The notes beneath the pieces were generated by a model. The model saw nothing but the letters and a program-made list of their open reading frames with translations. It made no database searches and was not told the DNA's origin. The translations under genes and the position numbers were made by a program. From an uncultured Acidobacteriota bacterium (GTDB lineage: Bacteria; Acidobacteriota; UBA6911), in NCBI GenBank assembly GCA_964481255.1, contig CAYZTZ010000005.1, positions 4,922 to 68,921 of the forward strand: a stretch of 64,000 nt of DNA, written 5' to 3'. Shown here one piece after another: positions 61,605-64,000 of this stretch (position 1 is its first letter; every line of letters starts with the position of its first letter).

Positions 61605-63425
61605 ATGGGAAAGTTTAATGCAGTTGGGTTAAGATCATTAATAGGTTTTTTTGTCTGCCCTATAATCCTGGTGCATGCAAATACTTTTACTGCCGAGCCT
61701 GCACGGAAGGCAGAAGGTGTTTCGTTTGAAGTGCTTAATCCTGAGACCGAGATGATTATGCCATCTGAAATCTCACTGATTTCTCCGCGGCTTAAGGACC
61801 TGTCGCAGAAGAAGATCGGATTGCTCTACGCCGGCAAATCGGGTGGAGAGTTTTTTCTGGATGCGTTAGAGGTGCTTCTGAAGAAGAAATATCCTTCGAT
61901 CACCATCACCAGATATACCCGGTGGGTGGATAATGCAGAGGAGAGGATAGTGAAGGAAGAAGATGCCTTTGTTTATGCGGTGGGAGATGCCGGCCAGGCG
62001 GCCTGGGACAGCATAACCTGGACGGTAAAACTGGAAAAGCGCGGTAAACCCGGTGTCGCTGTTTTTGGCGACCGCGTGTTATATAACGCAAAAGTGGCCG
62101 CTACCCGTCTCGGCATGCCGTCGGTACGTATGGTGCCGCTGCCCAGCATGGAATTCTACCCGAACAGGGCAAGCGCAAAGAGCATGATACCTTGTGCCGA
62201 AATGGTTCTGGACGATATCATAAATGCGTTGACCCGCCCGATACAGCCTTCAGAGAAAAATGCCGTTTTGATACCGAAAAAGATGATGCCGGATTTTGTC
62301 AGAATTACAGGCGACAGCCTGGAATCCGCCTATGAGAAATTCTACCAGCTATTCATGGATTATGGCTGGGGCGACGGACTACCATTGGTCCCTCCCACAC
62401 GCCATAATGTCGAACAGATGCTAAAGGCAACCAGCCTTCCGCCTGATACGATCCTGGGTACAATACAAGTGCATGACGGGAGTTGCGACCTGGTGAATGT
62501 CACTGTGAAGAAGGTTGCTGTCAATGCTGTGATGGCCGGCGCCAAACCGGAATATTTCCCGGTTATTATCGCCGCCATGAAAGGGATATCCGATAAGGGA
62601 TTTTCCAGTCACGTGTTTTCTTCAGACGCCTCCTTTAACCTTTTGATAGCCGTGTCCGGTCCCATTGCGAAAAAAATCGGTATGCACTCCGGAACAGGTC
62701 TGTTGGGGCACGGATGGCGGGCCAACAATACCATTGGACGCGCTGTGAGGCTGTGCATGAACAATATCGGCAATTTGAAACCGGCAAAGCTGGATACGGC
62801 ATTAACCGGCAGGGCGTCATCCCATACTTTTTATGTGCTGGCTGAAAATGATGAATTAAGTCCCTGGGCTCCTTACCACACGGTTCATGGTTACCGGGCG
62901 GAAGACAGTTGTGTTACGGTGTCCGGTATAGGTTTGGGCGGCGATTTCACGGATTACGGCGGCGGAACCGGAGCCGCCTGGACAGTTGAGAGCGTTCTGG
63001 AAAGAATCGTTAAAAGAATAGCTTCCAACCGCAATATGTTTGCGGGAGCCGGTGTCAGGCCTCTCAACTATATTTTCGTATTGAGTCCCGATACGGCACA
63101 GGAACTGAAAAAACGGGGCTTTTCCAGGCAGAGCCTCCAGGATTACATTATCGACAAAACATCCGTACCCTATGAGGAGCTGAGCAAAGCTGAGATAGAA
63201 GGGCTTAAAAAGAAACTTTCGGAAAGGTCCGAAGCCTGGGGAGGAACCGGTAATATTCCTGAAGACCGCATCCCTGTGTTCTGGGAAAACCTTAAACCCG
63301 GAGGCAAAATACCTATTATCGTTTCACCGGACAACCTTAACATTTTTGTGTCGGGTGATGTGTCAGGCTATAATTTTGGAGCGGTTTATCTGCTCGGGGG
63401 CCACTCGATTAAACCCGTTCAATAA
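61605..63425 (+). CDS. Exported ~606-aa protein of unrecognised family, paralog P2
   Basis: RBS GAAGGAGGAAG plus ATG. Signal peptide MGKFNAVGLRSLIGFFVCPIILVHA. Collinear with P1 (GWGDGLPLVPPT, AVNAVMAGAKPEYFPVIIAA, SGPIAKKIGMHSG, LAENDE). Confidence 0.6.
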   Translation: MGKFNAVGLRSLIGFFVCPIILVHANTFTAEPARKAEGVSFEVLNPETEMIMPSEISLISPRLKDLSQKKIGLLYAGKSGGEFFLDALEVLLKKKYPSITITRYTRWVDNAEERIVKEEDAFVYAVGDAGQAAWDSITWTVKLEKRGKPGVAVFGDRVLYNAKVAATRLGMPSVRMVPLPSMEFYPNRASAKSMIPCAEMVLDDIINALTRPIQPSEKNAVLIPKKMMPDFVRITGDSLESAYEKFYQLFMDYGWGDGLPLVPPTRHNVEQMLKATSLPPDTILGTIQVHDGSCDLVNVTVKKVAVNAVMAGAKPEYFPVIIAAMKGISDKGFSSHVFSSDASFNLLIAVSGPIAKKIGMHSGTGLLGHGWRANNTIGRAVRLCMNNIGNLKPAKLDTALTGRASSHTFYVLAENDELSPWAPYHTVHGYRAEDSCVTVSGIGLGGDFTDYGGGTGAAWTVESVLERIVKRIASNRNMFAGAGVRPLNYIFVLSPDTAQELKKRGFSRQSLQDYIIDKTSVPYEELSKAEIEGLKKKLSERSEAWGGTGNIPEDRIPVFWENLKPGGKIPIIVSPDNLNIFVSGDVSGYNFGAVYLLGGHSIKPVQ

Positions 63426-63504
63426 GGAAGGCGAATTATAGAATCAGGTCATACCATCTCCTCATTATCGTCCGCATTATGTCCGTGTAGCTCCGCGTAT
63501 AAGC

Positions 63505-63801
63505 TTGTGCATGTATGGCCTTGTCGCTTCAACTTCCCCGGCCGGAGCGCACACGATGCAGCAGGACGGTTCCGACAGCAGCGCGGAATTCTCGCGCAAC
63601 CGCCGGCGCTCGTGGGCACGGTTGATCAAAAAAGTGTACGAAGCTGACCCCCTGGTTTGTCCCCGCTGCTCGGGTCCACTGAAAATCATCAGCCTGATCG
63701 GCGATGGCCCGGTCATAGAAAAGATCCTGCGCCACTTGAAGATTTGGGACCGCCCTGAGCGTCCGCCCCCCCTCTCCGCCTCCAGCGACTTTTCATTATG
63801 A
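63505..63801 (+). mobile_element. C-terminal remnant of an IS91-family (Y2/rolling-circle) transposase
   Basis: RRRSWARLIKKVYEADPLVCPRCSGPLKIISLIGDGPVIEKILRHLKIWDRPERPPP matches the conserved IS91-type C-terminal zinc-ribbon tail. The frame is open only from 63442, so about 300 aa of N-terminal catalytic region are absent. Confidence 0.6.
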
Positions 63802-64000
63802 GTTCGATCCGGATGCCGCCTGACAGGACGGCCCGCCGATGCATTCGTGAGCATGAAGGTTAGAAGCGCCCGCTATTTCAACTGCCGCGCGGCCGGGAAG
63901 CCTCTCTCCCGCCCAATTTGCGTATTTCGGAATCATTGGCGGCTCCAATCGCAGCGTAAAGTGACCCCCTTCACCGACCGCCGGCAGAATTCAGTTCGAT

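Noticed and set aside
56371-63425. Idea that the P1/P2 N-terminal domains are selenoprotein-type (UGSC/reductase-B-like) modules
   Set aside because: Segments such as GIGQLDT / VGDAGQAAW only vaguely recall such motifs. There is no Cys/Sec pair, no in-frame TGA and no SECIS-like context. I cannot support the assignment without an HMM search.
1-64000. Search by eye for rRNA, tRNA, tmRNA/RNase P/SRP RNA signatures and CRISPR repeat-spacer arrays
   Set aside because: No cloverleaf-like candidates were seen in the intergenic gaps, no conserved RNase P or SRP motifs, and no regularly spaced 25-40 bp repeats. An eye scan is weak, so tRNAscan, Infernal and a CRISPR finder should confirm.

Overview
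The window has two parts. Bases ~600-33,650 are a GC-rich (by eye ~65%), densely packed housekeeping segment. It carries pdxA, an Hfq-like gene, holB, tmk, yggS/yggU, a PP2C phosphatase, purB, an M16 peptidase, rlmN, pgeF, acpS, a glycosyl-glycerate-type compatible-solute cluster flanked by mechanosensitive-channel genes, a NarL-type two-component pair, mtaB, purE, purD, galU and serS. Right after serS the composition drops (by eye ~50-58% GC) and the content becomes accessory. This part holds an orphan glycyl-radical enzyme (GRE) with its activase. It also holds a bidirectional ~23-kb locus with a minus-strand operon (four family-III CoA-transferases, a double-hotdog hydratase, a tungsten-type aldehyde:ferredoxin oxidoreductase) and a plus-strand operon (two divergent DHDPS-like paralogs, a second GRE with activase, two ~600-aa exported paralogs of a family I cannot name, an amidohydrolase, an SMP-30-like propeller). 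Several truncated gene fragments lie among these genes, and an IS91-type transposase remnant lies near the window end. The strongest candidate for an undescribed system is this second GRE locus. Its GRE reads RVASY where all characterised GREs have the radical glycine (RVxGY). Other active-site oddities visible in the sequence: a D-hydantoinase homolog lacking the carboxylated Lys and one His metal ligand, an AOR with C-x2-C-x3-H instead of C-x2-C-x3-C, and paired CoA-transferases in which only one member of each pair keeps the catalytic Asp. I found no rRNA, tRNA or CRISPR array by eye. All calls rest on reading the translations and DNA by eye. No searches were run.
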